From: Catajapyx aquilonaris
Taxonomy: Eukaryota
Direction of reading: 5' to 3'
DNA length: 33,239 nt
Assembly: GCA_000934665.2 (NCBI GenBank)
Contig: KZ539106.1
Location: 1 to 33,239, forward strand
Shown: in pieces, positions 11,051 to 22,864 of the stretch
How the letters are laid out: each line of letters begins with the position of its first letter
Numbering within the stretch: the first letter of the stretch is position 1
Notes under the pieces: model-generated
What the model saw: only the letters and a program-made list of their open reading frames with translations
Databases searched by the model: none
What the model was told of the DNA's origin: nothing
Made by a program: the position numbers and the translations under genes

Positions 11051-11932
11051 AGGCTCCCCTAGAACAATAAATTACTGTGGCAAGACCGATTGATTGTTGT
11101 TTGATGAAAGCTATATTCCCTGATCCAAAAACCGCGTAACTGCACGAACGCGCACACACACAAAAAATCCATTTTCAAACACCCGGCCTGTCAAAATCTG
11201 ACATGCACTTATTATTATTCGGACCCACCGGGAATAACGGTCTGTATAATTTTAAGTGTAAATCCCCCCGCTCTCATAAATATAACCTAACGAGCCAAGC
11301 AGTTACATATGCTGGTCACGAAACGCGCTGGAAAAGTTTGGGCGCAAATATTCCTTTGCATTCCGCACTTTAGGGTGCGAATCAGCACTGCCGTCAGATG
11401 TAAGAAGACCGTAACTCAAAAACTAGTAGGGGTGAAAGTCGCATGCATGCCCTGCACTAATCCCCTCTGAGTCAGGGGGGATTAGTGCATGCGATTTTCA
11501 CCCTCATCAGTTTTTGAGTTACGGTCTTCTTACATCTGACGACTGCTGCAGTCGTTTCAGTTCCCCCCCCCCCCCAACTGCTTCTACCTGCATATGTACA
11601 GTATTATTGTATTTGTCTCGCAATATTAGAGCATATATGCTTGATGTTTCAGAGGAATTTTTGCGCCCAAACTTTTCCAGCGCGTTTCGTGACCATCATT
11701 TATTGTAACTGTTTGGCTCGTTAGGTTATACTTATGAGAGCGGGGGATTGACACTTAAAATTACAGACTGTTATTCCCGGTGGGTCCGAATAATAATAAT
11801 AAGTGCATGTCAGATTTTGACAGGCCGGGTGTTTGAAAAGGGATTTTTTTTTTGTGTGCGTTCGTGCAGTTGGGCGGTTTTTGGATCAGGGAATATAGCT
11901 TTTATCAAACAACGATCAATCTAGGGGAGCCT
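11051..11932. mobile_element. Non-autonomous foldback DNA transposon with ~300-bp inverted arms (~11051-11355 / ~11652-11932; weaker match out to ~10992/11952)
   Basis: AGGCTCCCCTAGA pairs with TCTAGGGGAGCCT; CAAACACCCGGCCTGTCAAAATCTGACATGCACTTATTATTATT has its reverse complement near 11790-11835; no ORF; no clear TSD. Confidence 0.85.
11383..11548. mobile_element. Palindromic MITE-like hairpin nested inside the foldback
   Basis: Perfect 32-bp arms 11393-11424 / 11509-11540, plus inner stems GGGTGAAA.TCGCATGCA/TGCATGCGATTTTCACCC and TGCACTAATCCCC/GGGGATTAGTGCA. Confidence 0.8.
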
Positions 11933-12539
11933 TGTGTTAATTTTGCTGCCTTCATTCGGCCGAGCCCGTCTTGGGACTCGCCAGTTCCGCGGAGAGGATG
12001 AGGAACCCAGCTCTGTGCAAGGGATAGGGGACTCGGAGGCTCTCAGTTATTAGCTCTTGGTAGTAGTACAAAGAGGATAATCGACGAGGGTTCTAAGAGA
12101 AGCGTAAGTATGAGTGGCTGTGTCCATTTAATCACAATTTATTATTCGACCATTATTTCCAGATGAAATCCGATCGAGGGAGGGAGGCACGGGCAGGGCC
12201 TTCGCAGATGGGCCGCGTCGGGGACCAGCAGGAGGGTTTGGTGCTGGGGACTACACGACGCATTGACCCCAGGTACCAGTGTTATCAACTTACAGGTGAT
12301 GACGAACGAGGCAGTGGATCAGTTTATGCGTAAGTAATCCTCATTGTCACAACGTACAAATTACAATCATTATTCTGACTAATCGTTTTCTCGTCTCCAG
12401 TTCTTCCGCAATAGACCGCGCAGTGCGTCGCAGCGCTATCCCGCGTGTTCATCTGGGTGTGTGTGTGGGTGATGTGTTTGCATGTGTTTGTACTTATATT
12501 TGTCTGTATGGCATTCAAATGTTCAATAAATGTTTTGTA

Positions 12540-12810
12540 ATATCAGTAATCAAACATACAACATGTTGACCTAGCTCGTTTCCCATATCATTTTTCAGTG
12601 GCCATAAAAAAAAACGGTAAGCATTCTTGCGCCATTCATTTGAGTCTTGAACTATAGATTCGGTCGTGCATTTCCAGCACTCCTTCCACCACCCTCTAGA
12701 ATATATTATAAATTCAGTGTTGTTTGCAGTCGTGCAGATACCTGAACTCGATTTTGCCATTGCATTGCGAAGATTTCTGCGACAACACAAAGGTGGACGT
12801 CTGCTGCCTT
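12540..12810 (-). pseudogene. Relic ORF resembling the P2X7 C-terminal (ballast)-like Cys-rich domain found in transposon accessory proteins
   Basis: PLCCRR...GICTT....EF...SR...DSNEWRKNAYRFFLW, then in a shifted frame GKRARSTCCMF. The recalled P2X7 pattern is LCCRKKPGACITTSELF...SR...NSRLRHCAYR.Y..W...PSCC.W. Confidence 0.45.
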
Positions 12811-13794
12811 CGTGAATGAAATGTAATACAGTTATTAGTTCCTTAATAGGATTCCTAATGCCAGCAGGTTGGAGCATTCCGAGTTTCGCTCAAAACGCGG
12901 GGTTCCTATTGTTATTAATTATTTAATAATTATTGTTTCCGAACATGGTATTTCTAGCGAAGCAAAGTCATTCCATGAGAAATGGGCCAGGGTGGTTGCT
13001 CGACCATCTAGTTATTTTTTAAAAAAATATTTTCACCATATAGGTAGTCTTGATATTGACTTGGTCAAAACAGGCCCACGGAAACGCATGCGCATGTAAA
13101 GAAAAAAAGTATTTCAGGTATCATGCTAGAGCTACTTGTGACATGCATGGCACAAATCGCACATGAAATTATGGGTTTTCGACACCTTAGAGTTCATATT
13201 TGCTGTCAAAAATGAAAAAAGAGAGACGCCCTGTAAAAAGTTATCAAATTATTTTAGGAGGTCCAGTTCCCCAGATGCTACAAGCCCGTGGTGTGTGGAT
13301 TAGGACTGCCCCTCCTTATCTGCTCCCCCGTGGCCTGCTCAAAGCCCTTGGCAACATATCCGGCCACTTGATTCGGAATGACCCCTATATTTCGGGCATT
13401 CTGGTTTTTTGACTGCCCCGAGGTCAAAAAGCCAAATTAATGCAAAATTAATGGTCATTGTTAGTTACGAGTGACCTAAGGGACACGCAAATAGCGATAA
13501 GATTCCCTGCGCGTTCGGTTTTTCTCATTCCCACTCCACTTGTGGCATGTGTAATGTGAATAATTTCCTCCAATTAATTGGACACTTATGCTAAAGCGTA
13601 TGGCCATCAAAAAAGACGATGGGTGTCCCAATTGAGTCCTTGTTTCCCGGCTATCCAATGGCATAATTTGTGTTCGTTTTGGTGCCTTTGCAATGGACAA
13701 AACATGAAAATCTGCTGTACATATAAAGGGATGCAAGCAGTAGTAATGAAATCTCTGGGCCAAGACGCAGCGCAGCAAAGGGGTAAGAATTCTC

Positions 13795-14770
13795 GTTAAT
13801 TTGAAATGTAAGGATGGTTGAGTTGTTACGAGATAATCTTAAGGTTAAAAGTTGTCACTAATATACTTTTTGAAACAATCGGTTTTCATGGCCAGTATTA
13901 ATTTCTCATATGTTGTACTTTCCCAACGTACGGTTTGTCACTTTCGTTAAACTTGTGCTTGCAATACTTTGCAGGACTGAAGTGCCTTATGTAATTGACA
14001 ATCACTGCCATACTACGTGGTGTCTGAATCCACATGGTGAAAGACCAGCGATAGTTTGTACACCGAATGCGCATTTTGGCTGTATTGAAAATGTATGCCA
14101 GGAACTGAAATTAAAGCAATATGCGGTAATGATTAAAAGTGATTAATATCCAGCCAGTTCCCATTCATATGTGTAGTTATTTATTTATTTATTTCACAAC
14201 CCCTTGCTAAGGCAAGGCCCTTTTCCGGGGACACAAGACTCCAGTTCCTAGAAATCAAAAATCAAATGCGAGCTTAATCAGGGCAAATGATCGTGGTGCA
14301 TATCAAAATGGATCGTGACATGCTTATGGCGTGAAAGGGAATTTTAATTAAACTGATGGCCGATGTACCTAGTTTGTTGTTACGCAATAAAGCTCATTGC
14401 CTTTTACGGACTGGGAATGTAAAAGAACGGTCGAGTTTTTACCAGCCGAAGAACGTTAGGGTCAAAAGTTCACTAATCTCAATTTTGGAACGAATCACTT
14501 TTAATCACCAGTGCATTAATATTTCATATGTTGTGGTTGCTGCAGTACGCTGAGTGGGATTGTTGTGCTTTACCGATTGCCAAATGTTGCAATAAGTATC
14601 TGAATCCACATGTTGAAGTACCAGCGAGGGTTTTTTTTATGCCGAATGTACTGTACTACCTACTGTATTTAATACAGACTGTTTAATCCCTTTTATTTTG
14701 AATTGAGATTAAACTGACACAACAGGAAACGAGGATTTTCCATCATGTAATGAGCATCTACAGCACGGTA
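13795..14770 (+). repeat. Orphan copies of F-box 3' flanking modules with no coding sequence
   Basis: ~13795-14165 matches ~19345-19670 and ~29475-29830; ~14320-14510 matches ~30455-30650. Confidence 0.75.
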
Positions 14771-14820
14771 ACTGGAGGAGGATCCTAAAAATTAGTGCCA
14801 AAATTCGGACCTGAAATTAT

Positions 14821-16255
14821 TGGAACACTGTGGAGACAAGGGCCACAAAGAGGAAGAGGGTCGAGTTGTGCAGGGGGGTGAAGGAAGAGGAGAAGCCACG
14901 GAGAAAGGTGAAAAAAAAAAATTTGAAGAAAATGTCGGTGCAATGTCTTTGGGGTGACTGCACCAGTACTGACCATCAGCCAATCATTTTGCATGGAGAT
15001 TGTGTACATACTTAAGCAATTTTCTTGTCAATTGCAGGGTAGCGTCAAGACCTTTTCCGACCTGCCCGACGAGATGAAAGCAAAGGTGTTTTCGTACCTG
15101 GAGGAGGAATCCCTCCGTACGGGTGTCGAACTGGTGTGTAAGGATTGGTACAAGGTAGCCAGGGAGTGGCTGGGTCATAGGAAGAAATTGACCTTGATTG
15201 GCCAGAAATTAACTCTGAGAGATTCAGTGTGGATGATCCAGAGAAACAGGACCTATCTGAAGTCGGTTACTTTGATGACCTGGTTTGGAGCAAATGTTAA
15301 TTCGCTGCTGAAAGAAGTAGCCAAGAACCTTCCTCTTCTCGAGTGTCTCAGTATTTATGATGCTTCGGTGTCACAGAGTGCGCTGGAACTGATTGCACGA
15401 GAGTAAGTAACCAGCGAATTTTTGGTGAAAGTAGTGCGTAAAGCATCATTTATGATCAGTTCATTATTTTAATTTTTACGACACAGGTGCAGCCAACTGC
15501 AGTGCGTCCACCTACACAATTTCCATTGCAATGAGGGGTACTCCAAGCATCCCCTGGACATTATGAGTTCTAGCCACGAACTAGCAACAATGGCCATATA
15601 TGATTTTCGGTTACCTCCACCATCGAAGGAGGCCACTCGGAGAAACTGCCCGAAACTGACACACCTCTCGCTTCTTGGGGGTACCGCCGACAGTCAAATG
15701 GAACCATTGGCCTGCACTCTGGGAGGCCAGTTGAGGAAACTCACAATTAGTTTCTTCAATGAGCAGCAGTCCTTCCTTCTACTGGCACACTTCCCACAGC
15801 TGGAGGAGCTGGAAATCAATAACTGTTTCTTCTTGACCGATGATGGCCTGAACGATGGGATCGGGAGACTGCACAACCTCCGTAGCTTGACCCTGCAATA
15901 CTTCTACCACTGCACTGCACAAGGTTTGCGGAGGTTTTTCTCCAACCCAAACGTGGTCGGCAGACTTGAGAAGCTCATCCTTTCTCGTTGCCCAACTCTG
16001 GATGACAATTGCGTATCGGCCATTGCCATGAACTGCCCTCGTCTGACTGATTTCCGCTTGTGGCAAACTGACAACGTCACTAACGATGCACTGCTGGGGT
16101 TGGTGAGGAGATGCCGCAACATCCGGCACCTTGAGCTCTGCGAGTGCAAGAAGCTGGACCTGAGCTCGGAGGCCCTGGATCAGTTCCAGGCGGCCAACAG
16201 GGGTCGACAGCTACAAATTTCCACGTCACTAACTCAATTCAAAAGTTGGATATGA
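14821..16255 (+). pseudogene. F-box/LRR unit 2: 5'-truncated (no promoter module, no ATG) but otherwise open; exon remnants 14821-14907, 15038-15402, 15487-16255
   Basis: Begins mid exon 1 (WNTVETRATKRKRVELC); in-frame TGA at 14812 upstream; F-box and LRR exons uninterrupted; exon 2 absent. Confidence 0.7.
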
Positions 16256-16308
16256 TTCCATATGTACGCTGAACGTACAATCGACTGTATTGATACCTAA
16301 TGTTCAGC

Positions 16309-16879
16309 TGAAATTAAACTTGACTCGACAGTAACAGAGTTTTTCGATCATGTAATGAGCATGTCCAGCACGAATCGGATTCAATTGTAAATCTCTGGAT
16401 TGGACGATCTAGCCAGAACAAATTTACATAGCCCTTCAAATGCTGACAGGATTTTCTCTCTTTGTTTTTAAATTTTTTTGTCATTTACATCAAATTTTTT
16501 GAAAGAATCCCCTACGGAAATTTTGATCTGAAAAGATGAGAAACTTGGTTGTAGGCAGTGTCATTGTTCTGGAAGGTGTTTGCGAGCTTGATGAAACTTG
16601 AAGCATTTATTACAAAAATGCGTAATGTGGACGCACAGAGAAGTGGTCCAGCACATGCTGTCGTAAGAATAATACGTGACTTTTTCCTCCTTGGGTCATG
16701 TTAAGTCACTAATGGTATTAATTGAAAAATCATGAAATATACATTTTAATCTACTGATTACTGTGTTTAGGTCATGACGCATGTTAGGGGGCGACAAAAA
16801 TGAAGGCCAGTCAAATTTTCCCTTTCGCAACGGAATGTGCAGAAGTGCCTGGGTGGTTGGAAGAGCAATATTGGGTAAG
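16309..16879 (+). repeat. Duplicated downstream segment, copy B
   Basis: Colinear with 9817-10386. Confidence 0.9.
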
Positions 16880-17113
16880 AAAGTGCAAGGAATGGTCACA
16901 CGTTCAAGAGCGAGTGTCGTAATTCTTTTGCAGGTGCGGCGGACTGTGAATTGTTGATGTGTGATGCTGCAACTTCTGCGTTTGTCTCGCTCTGGAGGTG
17001 TGAGAGAAGGTCGATATTATTAGTCTATAGCACTTCATGGACTCGGATTAGGACCAGAAATTATTATTAATTAATTATCTCTCATAATTTCCTGGAAAGT
17101 AGCTCAAGAGTCG

Positions 17114-17375
17114 GCCGCCATCTTTGGGGTGCGTTCCGACCACCGTTTCCGGTCCGTTCCCTCCTCTCCTATTCGGACGCACACCAAATCCGGACGCAGC
17201 CCACATTTATGTCTATTGCACTAATAAGCAAGTGTTAATTTACATAATGAGCAAAATTTAATTGCATTGTGCAGCATGTGCGATTTCATTATTTGACAGG
17301 TTTAACTCATTGCGTTGGTTCGCATCGTCGGGGAAATATGGCAACAGGTGGTTGAGCAAATCCAAGATGGCCGCC
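17114..17375. promoter_or_regulatory. Promoter module of unit 3 (outward-facing YY1-type motifs)
   Basis: GCCGCCATCTTT at 17114-17125 and CAAGATGGCCGCC at 17363-17375. Confidence 0.6.
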
Positions 17376-17545
17376 GACAATGGAACGCTTCGAATATTGT
17401 TTCCCTCTTTGTTGAGCTTCGGGTTGATTGTTGCGACGAGTTAGACGCCTTCCGATTGTTGGAGAGGGGTCCCGCAGGATTGGAGAGGGTCCGGAGCAGG
17501 ATTGGGGAAGGAAGGAAGGAAGGACACTGGGGAAGCAGGGTGGTG

Positions 17546-19212
17546 ATGGAGACCAGGAGGATGAGGAGGCTGAGGGAGGCTGAGGAGAGGGGAAGAAACG
17601 CTGTGGAGACAAGGGCCATGAAGAGGAAGAGGGTGGACGAAGAAGAGGAGACACGGAGAAAGGTGAATAAATGGAAATAAAGTGTCCCTGCTATCTGTAT
17701 GGCTTTGGAGTGACCGCACCAGTGCTGCTCAACTAGTGGCCCTGCCGAGGCGTATCCCAACCGACCTCCGATTTTTGAGATTGTTGTGCTTTTGTATTCT
17801 CCTGCCATCTACTTTTCAGGTGCCGAAGTCCCAAATTAATTGGGATATGCCCAAGGTCACATATTCCAGTTGTAAAATTGGTCCGCGATGGAAAATCCTA
17901 TTTTCTTGCAGCACAAAAAAAGCTGTTTATCTCAAAATTAACTCTGGTTGGGATATGCTGTTTTTCCTCTGAGTGCCTCAGTTGTTTATTTACGGTACTT
18001 GTTTACATACCTAACCCATTTCTTTGCAATTGCAGGCCAGCGTCAAGACCTTTTCCGACCTGCCTGATGAGATGAAGGCAAAGGTGTTCTCCTACCTGGA
18101 CAGGAAATCCCTCTGCACGAGCACCCTGGTGTGCAAGTATTGGTTGAAGGTAGCCAAGGAGTGGCTGGGTCTTAGGAAGAAAGTAATTTTGAACCTGCAG
18201 CGATTTACTCTGGAGGAATCGGTGCGTGTGATCATGAACAACAGGAGTCACCTGATGTTGGTTACTCTGATGGACTGGAATGGAGTGAATGCTGATCATC
18301 TACTGAATGTAGTAGCCAAGAGTCTTCCTCACCTGAAGTTTCTCAGTGTTCATAATATGTGGGTGCCACAGAATATGCTGGAACTGATTACACGGGAGTA
18401 AGTAAAGGAGGGTCAATGTGGTGCATTAAGTATAATTCAGTTCATAAATTTCATTTTTACGACACAGGTGCAGCGAACTGCAGGAAATCCGCCTAAGAAA
18501 CTTCAACAGGAATGAGGATTACTGCAGGCATCCCCTGGACATTTTGAGTTCCTGCCAAGAGCTAGAAAAGATAACCATAGATGGTCGATGTTTCCCTCCG
18601 CCATCGAACAAGGTCACTGGGCGAGACTGGCCAAAACTCACCAACTTGTCGCTTCTCACGGACATTGCTGACAGGGAAGTGGAGGTGCTCGCCTGCACTC
18701 TAGGGGGCCAGCTGAGGAAACTGGCGTTTCAATCCTTCATTAATCCGGAGTCCTTCCTTCTCCTCGCACACTTCCCTCAGCTGGTGTAGCTGAAATTAGG
18801 ATGCTGCCACCACTTAACTGATGCTGGCCTGGAAGACGGGATTGGGAAACTGCACAACCTCCATAGCTTGACCCTATCGGAGATCACCTCCTGCACTGCA
18901 CAGGGGTTACAAAGGTTTTTCTCCAAGCCGAATGTTGTGGGTAACCTTGAGGAGCTCCGCCTAGATAATTGCTCAAAGCTGAACAACAGTTGCATATCAG
19001 CCATTGCCATGAACTGCCCTCTCCTGACGGATTTCTACTTGATGGAAAACAGCCAGGTCACCAAAGCCCCGCTCCTTGACCTGGTGAGGAGGTGCCGCAA
19101 TCTCCAGTACCTCTATCTCAGCTGGTGCAGGAAGCTGGACCGGAGGACCAGAAAGGCCCTGGATCAGTTCCAGGCTGTGAACAGCAAGCTTCAAATTCAT
19201 GTACTCCCTTGA
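17546..19212 (+). pseudogene. F-box/LRR unit 3 with an in-frame TAG at 18787-18789; exons 17546-17662, 18036-18397, 18468-19212
   Basis: Paralogous CTG GAG GAG CTG reads CTG GTG TAG CTG here; the same frame continues to the normal stop at 19212; exon 2 absent. Confidence 0.85.
17750..17958. mobile_element. Old MITE-like insertion in intron 1 of unit 3
   Basis: Imperfect inverted ends GCGTATCCCAACC...TTTTGAGAT / ATCTCAAAA...GGTTGGGATATGC; absent from the paralogous introns. Confidence 0.5.
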
Positions 19213-19695
19213 TTCCACCTGATTGACGCATCACTCAAAGGTACAAGGTCACATCCTAAGAATTCCATGTTGCACATGAACAAACACAAAAAGTCCAGCC
19301 CTTATGGTGGATGTAATGAGTTTGAAGTGAAACTCATTGTCTGTAGGAATTTGAAATGCGTAAGAGTGGTTGTTACGAGATAATCTTAAGGTTCACAGTT
19401 GTCACTAATCTACTTTTTGAAACAATCAGTTTTCATGGCCATTATTAATGTTTTATGTCGTACTTTCTCAACATACTGTTTGTCACTTTTGTTAAACTTG
19501 TGCTTGCAATACTTTGCATTATTGCAGTGCCTTATTTAATTGACAATCACTGCCACACTGTGTTTGTACACCCAATGTGCATTTGGCTGTATTGAAAATG
19601 TACGCCTGGAATTGAAATTAAAGCAATATGCGGTACTGATTGAAAATGATTAATTTGCCACCAGTTCTCTTTTATTCAGCTCCGTTCCTTTGTTT

Positions 19696-19992
19696 GTGAA
19701 GAGGAAGAGGATGGACATGGGCAGGGGGATGGAGGAGAAGCCCGCAGCTTGGGTGGAGGGCTGAGGAAACTCACAGTCCGTGGCTTCATCTATCAAAAGT
19801 CATTCCTTGTCCTTCCACACTTCTCTCAGCTGGAGGAGCCGGAGCTCCAACACTGTTTCTCCCTAACCGACTCTGCCCTGCAGGACGGGATTGGGAAACT
19901 GCGCAACCTCCATAGCTTGACCCTGGTAAATTTAACCTCCTGCACTCCGGAAGGTCTGCAGAGGTTTTTTTCCAGGCTGAATGTGGTCAGCA
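19696..19992 (+). pseudogene. Internally deleted F-box/LRR relic (exon 1 end fused out of frame to mid-LRR exon)
   Basis: VKRKRMDMGRGMEEKP is directly followed, in another frame, by LRKLTVRGF...LQRFFSRLNVV. Confidence 0.85.
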
Positions 19993-20807
19993 AAAGCTCA
20001 TTATGTATACGGGTTTGGTTGTAGGAACAGTTGAGTTTTTTTTTTTTTTTTAAAAGGGAAAGAATGTTAAAAGTTGCCATGCTGTTTGAAACAATCAGTT
20101 ACATTGTTGTTGTTTTTTTCATGGACAGTATTAATTGCTTATGTTGTACTTTCCCAACGTACAGTTTGTTACACTTTTGAGCGGGATGATTGCAGTGCCA
20201 CATGTAATTGACAATCACTGTGATAAGGTGTGGTGTCTGAATCCACTTGTACGCTGAATGTACTGTACAATCAACTGTATTGATAAAATGTGCTCAACTG
20301 AAATTAAACTTTGACTCAACAGTAACCGATGTTTATTTTTTTCCAATCATGTAATGAGCATGTATGGGACTGTACGTAATTGGGCTGATAAACAAATGGG
20401 ACCGGCAACTACGAAGAACATGTCCCCAAAGATTTGTGCCGCTTTTTAAAGCTGGATCGTACAGCTCTGAAGTAGTCTAGGAAGAAAAGTAGACGAAATA
20501 TTCTGGGATTATCTCTCAATGGCGGCCATCTTGAAGATGCATTCCGACGCCCGCTTTGGTTGCATTCCGACGCCCGCCCTCTGTTCCTATTGCCAGGTCC
20601 GTTCCTTCGTAACTTAATAAATAAATAAATAAATATACCGAGACTGCTCCTTTGTCACTCATATTATGGTCACCAATATTAACTGAGTGACCCGACCTGT
20701 CCCGAGTGTCAAATTAGCTGAAATTAGGACCAGAAATTATTAATTATCGCATATAATTTCATGCCCGATTTCATGTATAATAACGACAAGGTCGGAAGGT
20801 CCAAGTT

Positions 20808-21084
20808 CCGCCATCTTGGGTGCGTTCCGACCGTCGCTTACGGTCCGTTCCGTACGCTCATATTCGGACGCAACCACAAATCGTGCCACTCCAAATCCGG
20901 ACGCAGCCGTATTACATATCATTCAATTTTTTACTAATTAAACTAATTAGCAATTAGTTTATATAATGTACAAAAAAATGCGATTGTGCCTGATTGCACT
21001 AATTGTCCCATTTAACTGTCTCCGTTACAGTTCTATTGCGAGGAATCTGGCAACAATGCCGAATGAAATCCAAAGATGGCCGCC
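20808..21084. promoter_or_regulatory. Promoter module of unit 4 (an extra degenerate half-copy lies at ~20521-20590)
   Basis: CCGCCATCTTG at 20808-20818 and AAAGATGGCCGCC at 21072-21084. Confidence 0.6.
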
Positions 21085-21281
21085 GACAATGGACCAAGTT
21101 CGAATTATTTCGTTTTGTAACTTTTTTGATTATTCTTCTTCTTTCGTGTCTCCGTTGATTGTTGGCCAGCCTCAGTTCGATTGCGGCTTGATTGTTTGGA
21201 GGACAGAAGGTCGATCCGGACCCCCACAGGAGAGGGTGGGATTTGGAAAGGGACGGGCACTCCGGAGGGACACTAGGAAGG

Positions 21282-22628
21282 ATGGAGACTAGAAGGATGA
21301 AGAGACAGAGAGAAGCTGAAGAGAAGGGAAGGTACACAAGGGCATCGGGAATGAAATGGATGAACTACTGCAAGGGTCGGCCCTGGAGAAAGGTGAAGAA
21401 TAAAAAAAGCCATCCTTTGTTGACACTTTGTTTACAACAACAATTTGTTGACAATTTCAGACCTTTGCCAGCCTGCCTGATGAGATGAAGGCAAAGGTGT
21501 TCTCGTACCTGGACTGGGGATCCCTCTACAGGAGCGCGCTGGTGTGCAAGGATTGGTGCAGGGTGGCCAAGGAGTGGATGGGTATTAGGAAGAAGATGAC
21601 CTTGGATGGCCGGCACTTCACTCGGGAGGAATCGGTGCAGGTGATCATGAACTACAGGACCCACCTGAAGTCGGTTACTCTGATGCACTGGAACGGAGAG
21701 GATGCGGATTCACTCCTGAAAGTAGTAGCCCATAGCATTCCTCACCTGAAGCGTCTCAGTGTTTGGGATACCTCGCTGTCACAGAATATGCTGGAACTGA
21801 TTGCACGAGAGTAAGTAAAGGAGGGTCGATATAGTGTAATTTATGATCAGTTCATTATTTTCATAACACAGGTGCATCGAACTGCGAGACATCTCCCTAA
21901 GAAGTTTCAGCTTGAATGAGGATTACTCGAGGAATCCCCTTGACATATTGAGTTCCTGCCGAGAGCTTGAAAAGATAACCATAGATGGTCGAGATTTCCC
22001 TTCGCCATCATACAAGACCACGGGGAGAAACTGGCCGAAACTGACTGACGTGTCGCTTCTCAAGGACAGCGCCGATATGGAAGTGGGAGTGCTCGCCTGC
22101 ACCGTTGGAGGCCAGCTGAGGAAACTCACTCTTGAATCAGAAATTTTACGGGACGCCTTCCATCTGCTCGCACGCTTCCTTCAGCTGGAGGAACTGACAC
22201 TCCAATCATGTTTCTTCTTGACCAATGCTCGTCTGCACAACGGGATCGGGAGACTGCGGTACCTCCGTAGATTGACCCTGAGAAAGACCTACTGCACTGC
22301 ACAAGGTTTGCGGAGGTTTTTCTCCATGCCGTACGCTGTGGGTAGCCTTTCACATTGCTCAAACCTGGACGATGGTTGCATATCGGCCATTGCCATGAAC
22401 TGCCCTCTCCTGACTCGTTTATGGCTGGTGGAATGCCACAAGGTCACCAACGGCTCGCTCCTGGACCTTGTGAGGAGATGCCGCAAACTGAAGTACCTTC
22501 ACCTCAACTGGTGCCTCGAGCTGGACCGGAGTGCGGAGGCCCTCAAACAGTTCAGGGCCGCAAGCAGCACACTCCAAATATATTCATTTCCCTCCTTCAC
22601 GCCACCAGTCGAACCTATCACTCTGTAG
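21282..22628 (+). CDS. F-box/LRR unit 4, ~405 aa; exons 21282-21392, 21461-21810, 21872-22628
   Basis: Exons join in frame (1218 nt); F-box TFASLPDEMKAKVFSYLDW; lacks exon 2; 5-aa deletion in one LRR. Confidence 0.85.
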
Positions 22629-22864
22629 TCGCAATGTCGTATCCTATGCATACCAGACTAGTGCATGCCTCATCAGGGTGGATGAATATTGTGCAGATCC
22701 TCCACTGGTTAATTTGGATCGTTAACATGACTGGCATGTTAAAAGGGAACATAATTATGTAAAAGGATGTTGGATGGGACCAGTTTGATGCTAAGCAAAT
22801 CTCATTATCTATATGGATTTGAAATGTAAGAACTACTGAGATTTTTACAAGCTAAAGAATGTTA

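Noticed and set aside
12880..13790. ORFs at 12869, 13200, 13476 and 13578; probable further TE fragments
   Set aside because: No recognisable domain, and I could not pair termini, so no specific call is made.
17302..17808. Recurrent minus-strand Ser/Pro/Leu-rich ORFs over exon 1 of each F-box unit, and antisense ORFs over the LRR exons
   Set aside because: Antisense shadows of purine-rich or GC-rich coding exons; starts and stops are not conserved between copies.
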